A stretch of DNA of 64,000 bases from Felis catus (GCF_018350175.1 NC_058383.1:9860001-9924000); one strand, 5' to 3'; numbered from the stretch's first letter, positions 1-52,120 are shown. Numbers and translations are program-made. Notes: generated by a model not told the origin, from the sequence alone.

Positions 1-374
1 TTAGTCTTTTTTGTGTGGAATTAGTGTGGTTGCAACTCCCAGGTCTCTCTTGGTTACTGTTAGCATGAAATATCTTTCCTTTCCAATCTTTGATTCTCAA
101 CCTATTTGTATCTTTGCATCTAATGTGAGTCTTTTGAAGACAGCACCTAGTTGGATCATGTTTTTTCTCCATTCTGCCAAACTGCCTTTTGACTGAGATT
201 TTTTATTTATATTTAAAGCAGTGACTCATAAGGAAGGCTTTCTTTTCCTTTTTCCTATTTGTTTCCTGTATGTGTTGTACTGTTTTTTTGTTCTTCATTT
301 TTTCCCATTACTGCCTTCTTTTGTATTTAGTTACTTTTTTTTATAGTGAACCACTTTGATTCCCTCTCATTTCT

Positions 375-600
375 TTTTTTTTTTTTTTATTTTTTTTCAA
401 TGTTTATTTATTTTTTGGGGGACAGAGAGAGACAGAGCATGAATGGGGAAGGGGCAGAGAGAGGGAGACACAGAATCGGAAACAGGCTCCAGGCTCCGAG
501 CCATCAGCCCAGAGCCTGACGCGGGGCTCTAACTCACGGACCGCGAGATCGTGACCTGGCTGAAGTCGGACGCTTAACCGACTGCGCCACCCAAGCGCCC
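375..600 (-). mobile_element. Young Can-SINE (SINEC_Fc-type)
   Basis: Full head, (CT)n and A-tail; TSD tccctctcatttc at 361-373 and 602-614. Confidence 0.93.
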
Positions 601-856
601 CTCCCTCTCATTTCTTTTTGCAGGTATTTTAAAAATATTTTCTTTGTGGTCACCATGGAATTACATTCATCATCTTAAATGTATAACAGTCTAGTTTGAA
701 TTGATAACAACTTAAGCACACAAAAATTCTGCCTTTATACAGCTCTGCCACCCATTATTGTTGTCACAAATTACATCACTATATATGGTGTGGCCAATAA
801 CACAGATTTACAATTACTTTTTATGCATTTGTCTTTCATGTAAGAAATAAAACATG

Positions 857-1093
857 GGGGCGCCTGGGTGGCGCAGTTGGTTAAGCGACCGACTTCAGCT
901 CAGGTCACGATCTCGCGGTCCGTGAGTTTGAGCCCCGCGTCTGGCTCCGGGCTGATGGCTCGGAGCCTGGAGCCTGTTTCCGATTCTGTGTCTCCCTCTC
1001 ACTCTGCCCCTCCCCCGTTCATGCTCTGTCTCTCTCTGTCCCAAAAATAAATAAAAAACGTTGAAAAAAAATTTAAAAAAAAAAAAAAAAAAA
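857..1093 (+). mobile_element. Young Can-SINE
   Basis: ggggcgcctgggtggcgcag...; TSD aagaaataaaacatgg. Confidence 0.93.
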
Positions 1094-2083
1094 AAGAAAT
1101 AAAACATGGAACTACAAACCAAAATACAATAAGGTTTTTGTATATGCCCATTTAGTTAGAGATCTTTGTTTTTTCATACAGCTTTAAGTTACTCATATCC
1201 TTTCATTTCCATCAAAAGGACTTACTTTAGCATTTTTTGTTAAATGGGGGTTTTAGTGTTATAAAATTTCCACAGTTTTTGTAACTATGAATAAGTTAAT
1301 TTCTTTTTAATTTTTGAAGGAAATTTTTCCTGGATATAAAATTCTTGGTTGACAAGTGCATTTGTTACCACTTAAAAAAAAATTGAGGTGTAAACATAGA
1401 ACACTGTGTAAGTTTAAGGTGTACAGTGTGTTGATTTGATGTATTTGTATATTGCAATAAGATTACCACCATAGCTTTAGCTAAGACTACTGTCATGTCA
1501 CATAATTAACACTTTTGGGTTGAGAACAATTAAGTACTAGTCTTTGAAGTTTATAATACAGTATTGTCGACTATAACCACTGTGTTGTGTGTTAGATCTC
1601 CAGAAGTCATTTTTCTCTTGGTTGCAAGTTTGTACATTTAAAATAACATCTCCTTGATTCCTCCACCCTCCAGCGTCTAGTAATCACCATTCTACTCTGT
1701 TTCTAGGAGTTTGGATTTTTTGGATTCCACATATAAGTAATATCATATAGTATTTGTCTTTCTCTGACTTATCTCACTTAGCATAATGTCCTAAGGGTGC
1801 ATCCATGTTGTCTCAAGTGGCAGGATTTCCTTTTCTGATGGTAAATAGTATCCCCTTGCATGCATATACCACATCTCTTTTATCCATCCTTCCACTGATG
1901 GGCACTTAGGTTGTTTCTACATCTTGGTTGTTGTAAATAATGCTGTAGTAAACATGGGAGTGCAGATATCTTTCAATGTATCATCTCTCTGCCTTCTGGT
2001 TTCAGGTGGTAAGTCAGCTGGTAATCTTACTGAGGATCTCTTGTACTTGACAAGTCACTTCTGTCTTGCTGCTTTCAAGACTC

Positions 2084-2986
<903 letters not shown>

Positions 2987-4140
2987 AAGACTCTTTGTCT
3001 TTATACAGTTTGATTATAATGTATATTGGCGTGCATCTTTTTGAGCTCGTTTTATTTGGAGTTTGTTGACTTCTTGGATCTGCTGACTAATATCTTTAAC
3101 CAAATTTGGAAGGTTTTCACTATTACTTCTTCAAATATTCTTTCTGCCTTTCTCTCTCTCTTCTTTGAGACTCCCATAATGCATGTGTTCGTCTTCTTGT
3201 TTTTGTCCCACAGGTCTCTTAGTCTCTGTTTATTTTTTTCTCAATCTTTTTTCTTTCTGCTTCCCGAACTGGATAATTTCAGTCAAGTTTGGTGATTCTT
3301 CTGCCTGCTCACATCTGCTCTTGAAACCATCTAATGAATGTTTTATTTCAGTTAATGTACTTTTAGCTCCAGAATTTTTTTGGTTCCGTTTTGTAAGTTA
3401 TCTCTTTATTAGTATTCTCATTTTGCTTAAACAGCATTTCCCTGATTTCCTTTAGCTCTTTGCCCATAGTTTCCTGTAGTTCTTGAGCAGATTTAACACT
3501 GTTCTTTTAAAGTCTTTGTTAAGTCCAAGGTCTGGAAATTCTCAGGGCCAATTTGTGCCAGTTTATTTTTGTTACCTTGAGTGGACCACACTGTCCTGTT
3601 CCTTTGCATGACTTGTGATTGTCATCGAAACCTGGACATTTGTATAAAATGATATAGTAACTCTGGAAATCTGATCTCCCCCTGCCTTGCTGTTTGCTGG
3701 GGTTTGTAAAAATTAAATCACTGTTAAATCACTGAAGGTGGTAATCGTCCTCTTATTTAGTGTCTTTTCCAAACTATTTTTGCAAACTGTATCATTGTCA
3801 TGTGTGATTGCTGAAGTCTGTCATGTTGACTTGTATCCAGCTAATGTTTTGACAGATTTCCTTGAATACCAGAAGCTAAATACGGACGGGAAAAAAAACC
3901 CACTTCTAGTCTTTGTGGATTGCCTCCATGCTGCAACTTTTCTTCAACACTTGTCCAGGCCTTCACTGATCTAGGATCAGGCCAAAGTGAAAACTTCGGT
4001 CTTGTCAGATACATTCCGAGCATGCATCTTGCCTTGGGCATGCATGTGGCCTTCTAAATCCTCTGTTATACATGGGTGGTTATGAATGCCCTGATTTCCC
4101 ATAGAAACTCCCACAATTTCCCTCCCATACTTTAGTCAGT

Positions 4141-4517
4141 CTGTATTAGTCTGTTAGGGGATTGCCATAACAAAATACCACAGACTGGATGGCTTAAACA
4201 ATAGAAATTAATTTTTACACAGTTGTTGGATGCTGAAAGTCCAAGATCAATGTGTTGGTAGGGCTGGCTTCTCCTGAATCCTCTTGGTTGCAGTTGTCTG
4301 TCTTCTGGCTCTGTTCTTACATGGTCTTTGTACACAGACATCCCTGGGGTCTCTACCTCTTCTTATAAGGACACTGGTCATGCTGGATTAGGGCTCCACC
4401 CATATGACCTCAATGAAATTTAATTACCTCTTTAAGGAACCTGTCTCCAAATAGAGCCACATTGAGGATTGGGGTACAGCATATAAATTTGGGGGGAACA
4501 AAATTCAGTCCATAACA
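4141..4517. mobile_element. MaLR solo LTR (MLT1-type)
   Basis: tgtattagt...gccataacaaaataccacagactggatggcttaaac...aattcagtccataaca. Confidence 0.8.
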
Positions 4518-4909
4518 GTGGTTCATTGTGTGTCTCAACTGTAACCTTTTGCCCCATGCATCTGTGGTTGCTTGTTTCCTTTGCAATGTTTTCAAGCAGT
4601 GCCCGCTGTTTTTCCAGCCTGAATGAGTTCCAAGTTTGGCAAAATAGAGATGAGTTCCTGCATCATTCCCTCAGGTAGCCCCCATATAGAGCAGATATAC
4701 ATAGTAATTTGCAAATAAGGTCTGCTGTGCTCTGTGGAACCAGGAACCAGGTTCCCACACTAGGAATGCAGGTTTCTGTCTTGAAGATTACTGCCAAGAT
4801 GGAGAGTAGGTGGGAGAAGGGCAAGTAAAAACATTACAAAGCTTTCCACCACTTTAAAATTGCAGTTTTTTTTTTTTTTGATTCAGCATTTGTTTCATTG
4901 ATGTAAACC

Positions 4910-5139
4910 TTTTTTTTTTTTTTTTAATTTTTTTTTCAACGTTTATTTATTTTTGGGACAGAGAGAGACAGAGCATGAACGGGGGAGGGGCAGAGAGAGA
5001 GGGAGACACAGAATCGGAAACAGGCTCCAGGCTCTGAGCCATCAGCCCAGAGCCTGACGCGGGGCTCGAACTCCCGGACCGCGAGATCGTGACCTGGCTG
5101 AAGTCGGATGCTTAACCAACTGCACCACCCAGGCGCCCC
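4910..5139 (-). mobile_element. Young Can-SINE
   Basis: Near-identical to 375-600 and 20545-20772. Confidence 0.93.
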
Positions 5140-6977
5140 AAAAAAAAATTTAAAAAAAAAGATATTTTCACCAGGTATATATATCACTCTAGATTTAGTT
5201 TTTTCTCTTAGTACTTTGATGTTGTTACTCTCCTGTCTTCTCTCTTGCATTGTTTGCAACAAGAAATTTGGTTATTATCTTTATCTTTGTACCTCTGTAA
5301 GTAACATGTGTTCTATCTCTAGCTGTCTTTAGGGTCTTACCTGTGGCACTGGTTTTGAACAATTTGGTTATGATGTGACATTACCATGTGACTTGTTATA
5401 GTTCTCTTTGTTTCTTGTACTTGAGGTTGAGCTTCAGATGTGTGGGTGTATATTTTTCATTATATCTGGGAAGTTTGAGGCCATTATTTCTTATATTTTT
5501 CCATATCTGTAGTTATCTTTTTGAACATATGGAATACAGTTAAAACAACTTTCATTGTCCTCTGATAATTTTAACATGTGTGTCAGTTCTGGGTCAGTTC
5601 TGATTGATGACTCTTCTCTTGGTGAGTCGTGTTTTCCTGCTTGTTTATATTCCTGATGATCTTTGTTTGGATGCTAGACACTGTGAATTTTATCATGTTG
5701 AGTACTGGTCATTTTTTTATCCCTGTACATTTCTTAAACTTCATTTTGGGATGCAGTTAAGATCCTTGAAAACAGTTTGATCCTTTTAGGTTTTGCTTTA
5801 ATGATTTATAAGGTAGGTCCAGAGCAGTACTCAGTATAAGGCTGATTATTTCCCATCACTGCGGCAGCACCTTCCTAATACACCCCTAGCATTTAAAAGA
5901 AACTTAGTCATCTTCTAGCCTACCTTGTTTCTGATGGGAAGCTGTGTTATTCTCTTAGTTGCTTTGTAGTTTGTTCAACTTCATGGATCTTTATGTTACA
6001 ATTTTCATCACATTTGGGAAATTCAGACATTATCTTTTAAATATTTCCTCCTGCCCCAGTCTCTTTTCCTTGTTACAGTCCAGTTACACAACATATGTAG
6101 ACTATTTGATATTGTTTCATAGGTCCTGGAAGGTCTCTTCATTATGAGATCAGTTCTACTGATCTGTCTTTAAGTCCACTGACTTCATTTTGCTGTCTCC
6201 AATCTGATGTTAAGCTTATCTGGTAAAAAATTTCAATTATTGCTTAGTTTTAGTATTTCTGTTAGTTTCTTCCTTATAATTTCCATTTCTCTGCAGATTC
6301 CTTATCTGTTTACTCATTAAGACCATACTTTCCTTTAATTCTTTGGGTGTATTTATAATAGTTACTTTAAGATCTTGGTTGGCTAAATCTAACATTTAGA
6401 CCATCTTGGGTTCATTTCTATATACTGCTTTTTTTCTTTCTTGACTATGGATCTCATTGTTTTGTTTCTTTGTGTGTCTCAATGGCTTTTCATTGAATAT
6501 TGTATGCTGTCAACAATACTCTGGAGTCTCTTATCTCTCCATGAGATATATGGATTCTTGTTTTGGCAGGTAGTGTAATTACTGGCTAATGACCTTATAC
6601 TTGTTTACACTTGGTTTTTTGTTTTGTTTTTACAGATACGGCCCCACTAACTTGGTGAGACTCAACCTCCAAACTCATTGCTTGTGGATCTTGTCATGGT
6701 TTGATTTTAGAATTTATTAAGGCAGACCTAGAGTAGGTCTTACTCTAGACTGTGGTCCTTACCTCAAGTTGTAGCCTTTCTGCTGTTTCAGCTGGATGCC
6801 AAGGATGTTAAAAATGCATTTATGAGATCTCTCCATTTTGGTAGGGCCAGAACTCCCCTGGCAATGCTCTTACCCCAGGATTGCTCTAAGTCTAGTATTT
6901 CGTTATAATCTTAACCCATTTAGTGCTTTGCTTTCTGGTAATCCTCAGGTGGTCTCTCTGTGCATATACAGCCCAAC

Positions 6978-7023
6978 TATATTATTCAGGGTTTTCCAGA
7001 GAAACAGAGCCAATAGGATGGAT

Positions 7024-7073
<50 letters not shown>

Positions 7074-7492
7074 ACACAGTATTATTAGGAATTGGCTGAG
7101 AAGTCCCAAGATCTATAGTCAACAAGCTGGGGGGACCCAGGAGAGCCAAGGGCATAGTTTCAGTCCAAGGCCAAAGGCCTAAGAAGCAGAAGAACTGATA
7201 GTGAGTTCCAAGTTCAAGTCTGAAAGTAGGGGAGAGAAGACAGACGTTCCAACTCAAAGCCAGGCAGAAAGAATTCTTACCCAGGCCTTTTGTTCTATTC
7301 AGGTCTTCAACAGATTGGTTGAGGCTTACCAACCAATTCCCCTGTGGAAGGGGAATCTTCTTTACTTAGTATACCAATTCAAATGTTAATCTCATCCAGA
7401 AATACTCTCACAGGCATCCCCAAAATAATCTTTAACCAAATATCTGGGCACACTGAGCCCCAGTCAAGTTGAGACATAAAATTAACCATCAC
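6978..7492. mobile_element. ERVL solo LTR (MLT2-type) with internal (CA)n
   Basis: cagggttttccagagaaacagagccaatagga...cagtcaagttgagacataaaattaaccatcac. Confidence 0.8.
7024..7078. repeat. (CG)n(CA)n microsatellite
   Basis: Read directly. Confidence 0.95.
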
Positions 7493-10310
7493 TCCAGCCT
7501 TCAGCCACAGATTTTTGGGGAACTCCCACAAAGACTTCTGGAACTCCCTGTCTGCATGACATCCTCCTTTCTCTTGCTCTCCCCAGTGGTTTCCAGCAAT
7601 TTGAGCAATCCTGAAGTCTGATTTTTGCCTCCTCAGCCCTACTCTAGCTGTCTGCACTGAACTTGGGAAATTGTCCCCAAGTAGAGGAACTAGGTGATTT
7701 TCAAGGCTCACTCAGGAGCGTCCTCTCAGGGATCAGTCTTGAGCTTTCTGTTGTTCTCTGTCTGACAGTAGTTGCCTCATAAATTTTGTCCATTTTTATA
7801 GTTGTTTATGGTGGGAGGACTGGCCTGGAATCACTTAATTATGGCTAGAAAGGTGGTTAATTTTTCAGCGGCCTTTATAGTATTTTATGATATGAATTAT
7901 ACACTGTCCATCTGTTCTTGGGTTGGTGGGCATTAGACGTTTAGGGTTGTTCAGATTGCCGGTAACGCAAATGCTGCTGCAATGGCTGTCTTTGTACCCA
8001 GAAGTGGAACTGCACAGTTAGGAGGTACCTGTTTCTTCACTCTTACTAGATATTGCCAAATTGCTCTCCAAATCATAGTTTTACGAATCCACAAACAGTA
8101 TGTAAGTTCCATTTGTTCCACATTCTTGCCACAATTTGATCTTGTTGAACCATTAAATCTTTCTCCTTGAGCAAAGGAATGCAAAATTTTTACTACCGTA
8201 AAGCCTTCCTGGATTACTAGTGAGGTTAAACATGTATGTATACATATATATACACGTATGTATACATGTACATATATATTTACTTATTACTATTTGGGTT
8301 TCCTATTCAATGAATTAATTTTTATATCACTTGTACTTTTTTACATTTGAGTCTTTTTGTTACTGATTCCTTATAAATTTCATTTATATGTTTTTTTATA
8401 TGAGGTTTATTTGCTTATATGAGAGTGGTTTTTTTCTCTGTCTTAATTAGCTTCTCTTTTGGCACCTGTGTTGTCTTTTCCCATACAGGAGTGTTAACAT
8501 TTTAATGTAGTCATACTTATCTGTATTTTACTAAATGATTTGCAGGTTTTGTGTGTCCATTTCTTCGACTTGAAAACACTGGCGTGCCCTGGGGCTCAGG
8601 TCTCAGACCTCTCTCGATCTACATTAATTCCAAAGTAATCTTAGTCTCCCAACATGTATACACTGATGGCTTTTATGTCTGGCTCTTCCTCTGAATTCCA
8701 GTAATATATGATAATTTAAAGGACCCTTGCTGAGCTAGATACTTTCTTTTTCCTTAGTATCCCAGTTCTTGAATGGTAAGTCTGCAGTCACTGCCTCCAT
8801 TTCCTCGTCTTCCATTTCATTGTTTAACTCACTGCAGCTTGGCTTTTGTCCCGCCATTCCGCTGCTGCTATTGACATTTGTTCCTAAATAACAGCCCATC
8901 CCTTTGCTTGTCAAATGAAGTCTTATGTGAAATCAAACAGAAGCCGAATTGCCCTTGCAGTGGGTTGGGGAGAACTGCGTGCCTTTCTCATCTCTTCAAA
9001 TTGCTCCAGAGGCATCTTTACCGAGTCCTGCCTATCTTTCCAACCTCTTCATTCCCTCAAACTTCCCAGTCTCCAGCCACATTGAACTGTTCGGAGACTG
9101 TTGTATCATACTCCTTTCCATCTCTGTGCCTCTGCACAGTGCTCCCGTATTTGCCTTGAACTTGCTTTAGCCAGTTCTCTCCCCTCCAGTAACACCTCCC
9201 AGCCTACCTACTTCTTTATCATTCCCTCTCTCTTTTGTGCGTCTGTTACCACACTGGCCACACTGAATTGTAGCTTTCTACTTACACCTATTTCTTCTCT
9301 ACTAAAGAGAAGGCTTGTAGAGATCAGAGACCCTGGCTTTTCCCCTTTCATCTCTTCAGTGCAGATTAGCAGTGGAGTGAATGAATGGTCCAGGAAGCTC
9401 AGCTAGTTCAAAATCTGAATTGGCAGACCACTAAAGGTTTCTTTGTTTTGTTTTCAGCGGTTTTATTAAGATACAATTCACATGCCATACAATTCACAGG
9501 ATTCTGCAACAATCACCATAATCTAATTTTAAAAGTTTTGTTGCCCTTCAAAAAGAAAACTCTACTTTTTAGCAGTCTCCATTTTCCGATCCCCAACACA
9601 CTCCCCAGCCCTCGACAACCACGAGCCCACTTTCTAAGACCACCACATTTAACATAGGTAAATTGATCACAAATCCGCAAAATCTCCCCGATTCTGGACC
9701 CGATGTGAAATTTGGTAGATAACTGTACCACTGAAACAATTTGTACGGCAGCAACTCCGACTCAGGTCGCAGCTTAAGGTTTGATCCGCAATCTGTTAGA
9801 CTCTTTGTTAGACTGCTTGAGCGGGAATTTATTAGAATTAGATGCACATTTAACAAGGGTGGTTGGTTTGGGTTGGTCTTGCATTTCAGTGTTGCTGTAG
9901 AAATAAACCCCCTTGGGCAGTAAACAGGGCAACTGAAAAAACTCACTACCTCTGGTAACACTGTTCCGGGGACGTTAGTCCCCTAGAAAATAACATGGAT
10001 CAAACATCACGTCGCTTTCCGGAGCTTTTATTCTTAACGCGACTCTTCCACAGGCTCACCTCGGTATGGGTGGGGTGCGGTGCGGTGCGGTGGACGCGCG
10101 GAACCCGCCAGAAGACGAGCACCGCGTTTCTGCGAGACCGCCTTTGCCGAGCTGGGTCGGGTCTAGCGCGTTGCCGGGCAGCAGCGGCGTTGCCCGCGGC
10201 GGTCGCGCGTCCGGGTCGCGCGCGCAGTGACGCAGCCGGCGCGCGATGACGCGGCGCGCGGCGCGGTGCACGCTGGGATATTTAAGTCTTCTCCGCGGCG
10301 CGGAGCCGCG

Positions 10311-34572
<24,262 letters not shown>

Positions 34573-36000
34573 CCTTTGTCCCCGTTCCATACCCCCCCCC
34601 ACCAACCCCCCTCCTTGCCCACATCTGGACCTCAGCACCTGCTAGGAAGAGCCTTTGACCCTTCTAGTTCCATAAAGCAACCTACCCCAGATCTCTGGCT
34701 TCCGCCACCAGGGAGGCGGTGGCAGCCCCGGTGGCCGGTTCCTGCTCCTTGAGGAAGAAGCCCCTGGCCTCTCGAGGGAGGGGGGTTGGGGTGCGCAGGG
34801 CAGGAGCCTGATCCCTTCACTTGAATGGCTCCTTGGTGAGGCTGGAGAAAACTGAAGAAACATCTGTACATACTGTCCTCGTCCTCCCCTGACTCTTGTC
34901 TGGTGTATGAGCTTGGTCAGGCAGCCTCCCTCCCCGCCTTGCCCCCAGAGCCATCTCCTCTCGCCTGGCAGGTCGTAGGCACGGCCCTGCCCACACGTGC
35001 CGCCGCCGTGCAGTGGATGATGGGAGTCGGGGAAGTGGGTCAGCCCCGCGGCTTTACCTTGCTTGGCTTGCCTATAAAAAGCGGTTCTCCTCGGGTCCCG
35101 TTAGGGGACTCTGCTTCCCCAGTTCTTGCTGCTTCGTCCCTCCCTGGTTCCCCGCAGGCTCTACTCCTTTTTAAAGGACCTTGAATCTAGCTTTGCCTTG
35201 GAGACCCCAGTGGGGCTGCTCCTGCTGGTCCACTTCCTCCTGCCAAGTCTGAGTCCGTGTTTGTCCTCAACCCTCTGCCAGTTCGGCCCCTAAAAGCTCG
35301 GTGGCTCAAGACTGTTAGCCTGGCAGCTGCAGGGGAGCTACCTCGCTCCGGGGGAGTGGGGTGAGCGCCGGGAGCGGGCAGGATGTCCCCCGCTGCTCCT
35401 CGCCCGCCCTCCCCGCTGGCCTCCGTGGGGCTCGTCCGCCTCCTCCCCGGGGTTGTATGTTTAAAGCCTTGTCCTGTGTTACTGTCTGATGCTCACGTCT
35501 ATTGCTCTTTGAATCGAGTTTGGAGGAAGAATTGAATTGTATGAGTGGCGGCATGTTGGTAGTGCCGGACTTAACTGTTTCAAGTTTCTGGGGCCTCGCT
35601 AATTGAATGTGGAAAGTAGCACCGCTTTATGGCTACACGTGCTGACTCCTGGATTTTCAAATGGTGTTTTGACTTTAAGGGCTGGCAGCCCAAGAGGATG
35701 GGGCCGAGGGGGAAGCAAAGTCCTCTTCCCTCTGCTGTTTCCCTCCCGCCTACCTGACCCCACCGTGGGCTGGATCCTCCCCAGAATGTTAGAAAACCAA
35801 AATTAACCAACCACGCTTCAAAATTCATCCCCCCCACCCCCCCCTTCAGCAGAGCCTCCCCTCCGTCCCGTTCTTCCCCTGTTCCCAGATCACATACCCC
35901 AGGCCCAAGAGCCTTGCTGCCAATGCCCATCCTCTTTGGGAGAAGTATGAATGCGTGTGTCTAAATTAAAAGAAAAAAATATTTAAACATTTTTTAACGA

Positions 36001-36006
36001 AATAAA
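36001..36006 (+). terminator. Candidate proximal polyadenylation signal, POM121 3'UTR
   Basis: AATAAA in an AT-rich block, followed by U-rich sequence. Confidence 0.45.
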
Positions 36007-36546
36007 AATTTATTTTTGTATTTAAGCTAAATTGCCTTTTAAATTCCTTCAAGCTTGGTTCACTGAGGTGGTTAAGTATAAATGCTATTGACTAGGAATT
36101 AGCTGTATAGTTAAGTTATGCCTGTGTGGACAAGAGGCTCAGACTGTCCCAGGCAGCTTTCCTGAGGGACTAGAGCCCCTTCGGGACACATTCTATAAAC
36201 CATAATTCTTATTTTATAAATAATGTGACGTAGATGTGACTTGTCCCCCCTCCCCCCTCGTGACTGAGGTTGAGTGTGACACAGGGGACTGCTCCTTCCC
36301 ACCCCCCAGGAAGAGCAGACAGTATTTACCTGTGTGTGGCGCCCAGAGGCCTGGACCTCGAGTCCCGAGTCCCTGTTAGGATTGGGGGGGGGGGGGGTGG
36401 GCACGGGTCTAGAAACCAAGCTTCTAGCGATACCTTCCGGAAGGTAGAGCCTCGTTAGTGTTAGTGTTCCGAGCTAGTTTACCTCAGGTCCACAGGCAGG
36501 ACACTTGGCCCGGGAGCCCACAAAGAGGGTGTCCCGGCGCGGCCTG

Positions 36547-36590
36547 AGTGTGTGTGTGTGTGGGTGTGTGTGTGTGTGTGTGTGTGTGTA
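36547..36590. repeat. (TG)n microsatellite in the predicted POM121 3'UTR
   Basis: Read directly; one GG interruption. Confidence 0.95.
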
Positions 36591-36718
36591 CACGTACGTG
36601 CACTGGACAGGAACGGGAGGCTGGGACTTTCCATTACAAATAAAGACTTAATTCCTGTGAGGCTAGTTGGAATTTTTAGTATGAATGTGAGATTTTTCTC
36701 CTTGCTTATGTCATTAAG

Positions 36719-36724
36719 AATAAA
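36719..36724 (+). terminator. Candidate distal polyadenylation signal, POM121
   Basis: AATAAA followed by tgtg and T/GT-rich sequence; another AATAAA at 36639-36644. Confidence 0.55.
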
Positions 36725-36761
36725 AAAAAAACTGTGATCTATCATAGACCATGTCCTGCTT

Positions 36762-36767
36762 TTTATT
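36762..36767 (-). terminator. Candidate polyadenylation signal, NSUN5
   Basis: TTTATT on + (AATAAA on -), first canonical hexamer about 100 nt past the exon 10 stop. Confidence 0.65.
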
Positions 36768-36863
36768 TCCGTGGGTAGAGCTGTCACGAGCAAGAACACG
36801 GCCCGGGGAGGGCCCCAGGGGACAGGCAAGTCCACACACTCCCTCCAGCTACCGCTTTCCTTC

Positions 36864-49902
<13,039 letters not shown>

Positions 49903-52120
49903 GCTCTGCTCCCGCGCCTTTACGGCTGTGTCGCGAAGCGTGCCCGCCTCTGCACCGCCCTGTCTGCCTGCACTTCCGGAGTCAAAGGGCACGGAGGTTC
50001 CGACCCGGAAGCCCCAGAGCTCTTCCGAGGCTCTCGGGCGTGTTTGCGGCCGAACCCTGGGAGCGCGTTTCCCTGTTTCGTAGCTCTTCGCTTTTTTTCC
50101 AACAAATCTTTGCCAATCTCATAGACAATGGAATTTTGCTGCTGTTTTAACTTCCCTGAGGTTGACTATTTTCCTATGCTTATTGGTCCTTCCTAATCTG
50201 TTATGGTAACATGCTAATGTCTTTTGGTCACTCTTACAGCATCCCTTAGTGTCCTTTGTATATTGACCATATATAGCTCGTCTTAGGTGTTATTTTTTCC
50301 AGTTTGTTTTTGCCTTTAATGTGGCTTGTAGTTGTTTTGGACAACTGTAAATGTTTATGACAACATTTATAAAACTATAAAAAACGTCTTCACTTTTTAC
50401 AAACTTTTATGGTGTCTGCCTTTGGTGTCATGCTTGGAAATCCCTTCACACCTTTGTAATATAGAAATCGTGGCTTCATTTCTTCACACTTAAATCTTTA
50501 ACCCATTTATAATTCAGTTTGCACATGATGTGAGGAAGAGCTCTTTGTTTCCAAATGGCTAGCTTTTCAGGCATTGTAATCATTCATTTACGGGAAAGTG
50601 TCCCCAGCCTGAACTCTAGGAGAACAGGGATTTTGCAGTATTTGCCTCTGTCCCAAGCCCCCATGTGGTTAGCGGTACATATGGAGTGAACAGATCCAGT
50701 GCGTGTGTATCTCAAGCATTCAAGTAGGCCTCCATGGACCAGAATATTCCTGCCTGTCTAGTCTCTGTATTGTCAGCAGCATGTCGGCAAGCATTTTGCA
50801 AGAAGGTTGACTCTACATTAAAATTGCTGAGTTGTTTAAAGTTCAACCCAGTCCTGTGCCTCTAGGTTGGTTAATAAATGATCTTTTAGTGGACTCCCCC
50901 AACCCGATCAAATCACATAATCTATTTTATTTTCTTCATAGCATCTGTTCCATATGTAGCTATGATTTATCCTCTAGCTGGCTCCATGAGGGCAAATCCT
51001 GTTTGACTTATCAATCCCTACCTCCTAAACCGGTGTTTTTCTCACAATAAGGACCTAATATATCTGTTGAATAAGTGAAAGAGTGAATGAATTGAGCACA
51101 AATTGATGTGGACACGTGGACAGCTATGCCAGAGTTGACCCGTCCTAAATCCCAACCCCACTCCTTCAGGTGAGTGGTTAAAAGTGCAACAACATTGATA
51201 AAGTCCATAGTTGACTCAGATTTCCCTAATTTTTACCTAATGTACATTTTCTGTGCTTAAATACCAGGACACCACATTACATTCAGTCATCATGTCTCCT
51301 TAAGGCAACTCTTGGCTGTGAGTTTCTCAGACTTTCCTGGTTTTTGATGACCTTGATAGTTTTGAGGAGCCCTGGTGTTTTGTAGAATGTCCCTCAACTG
51401 GGATTTATCTGAGGTTTTCCTTCTCATGATCAGACTGGGGTTCTCGGTTCTGGGGAGGAAGACTCCCAGTGCCATCCTCATCAGATCTCATCAAGGGCAT
51501 ATAGTATCAACGTGACCTTATTCACTGATGTTAACCTTGATCATCTGGTTATGGTCGTGTTTTTCAAGTTTCTCCACTGTAAACCTCTCTATCTTGTTCC
51601 CTCTGAAAAAGAAGTCACTATGCACAGCCTGCCCTTAAGCAGTAGGGGGTTATACTGTCCTTGAGGGCAGAATAACTACAGAAATTGTTTGGAATTCTTC
51701 TGAAGAATGGTCTCTTCTTCCAGATTTATTTAATCACTTATCAGCATGAACTCATGGATATTATACTTTGAGTTGTAACCCAGTACAGGTAACCCCCGTT
51801 TTGAAAGTTTACATTAATTACACTGCTTCACTTTTACAAAAGACCTACATCAGTACCTGTTTTCGTTAATTGAAAGAAATCCTAAGAGGATTTTCACTTT
51901 TATGGAAAAAGGGGAGAAGTAAAAACAGCATCAGGGGTCCGTTTTGCTGTGAGCCCTGGTAGAGGCAGTGAGTACCCCAAGCAGTCAGAGTGATGCCACC
52001 AAGTTCCTTCCCCAATATCTCCACACATCTCAGCATCAACCTTCCATAGCTTGGAACTGTGTCTGTGAGCACCTGTGCTTTGCCTTGATTGACTGTGTGT
52101 GCAAGATGTATCCTAAGATA

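Noticed and set aside
857..940. tRNA-like A/B box sequences (here and at other SINE heads)
   Set aside because: They are tRNA-derived Can-SINE heads, not tRNA genes.
4936..5262. Recurrent ORFs containing GAPGW...VREFEPRVRLWADGSEPGACFRFCVSLSL
   Set aside because: Translations of SINE copies, not a gene family.
10227..10310. In-frame GTG-initiated N-terminal extension of POM121 in the ORF track
   Set aside because: GC-rich promoter sequence lacks stops by chance; the ATG at 10311 gives the recognised POM121 N-terminus.
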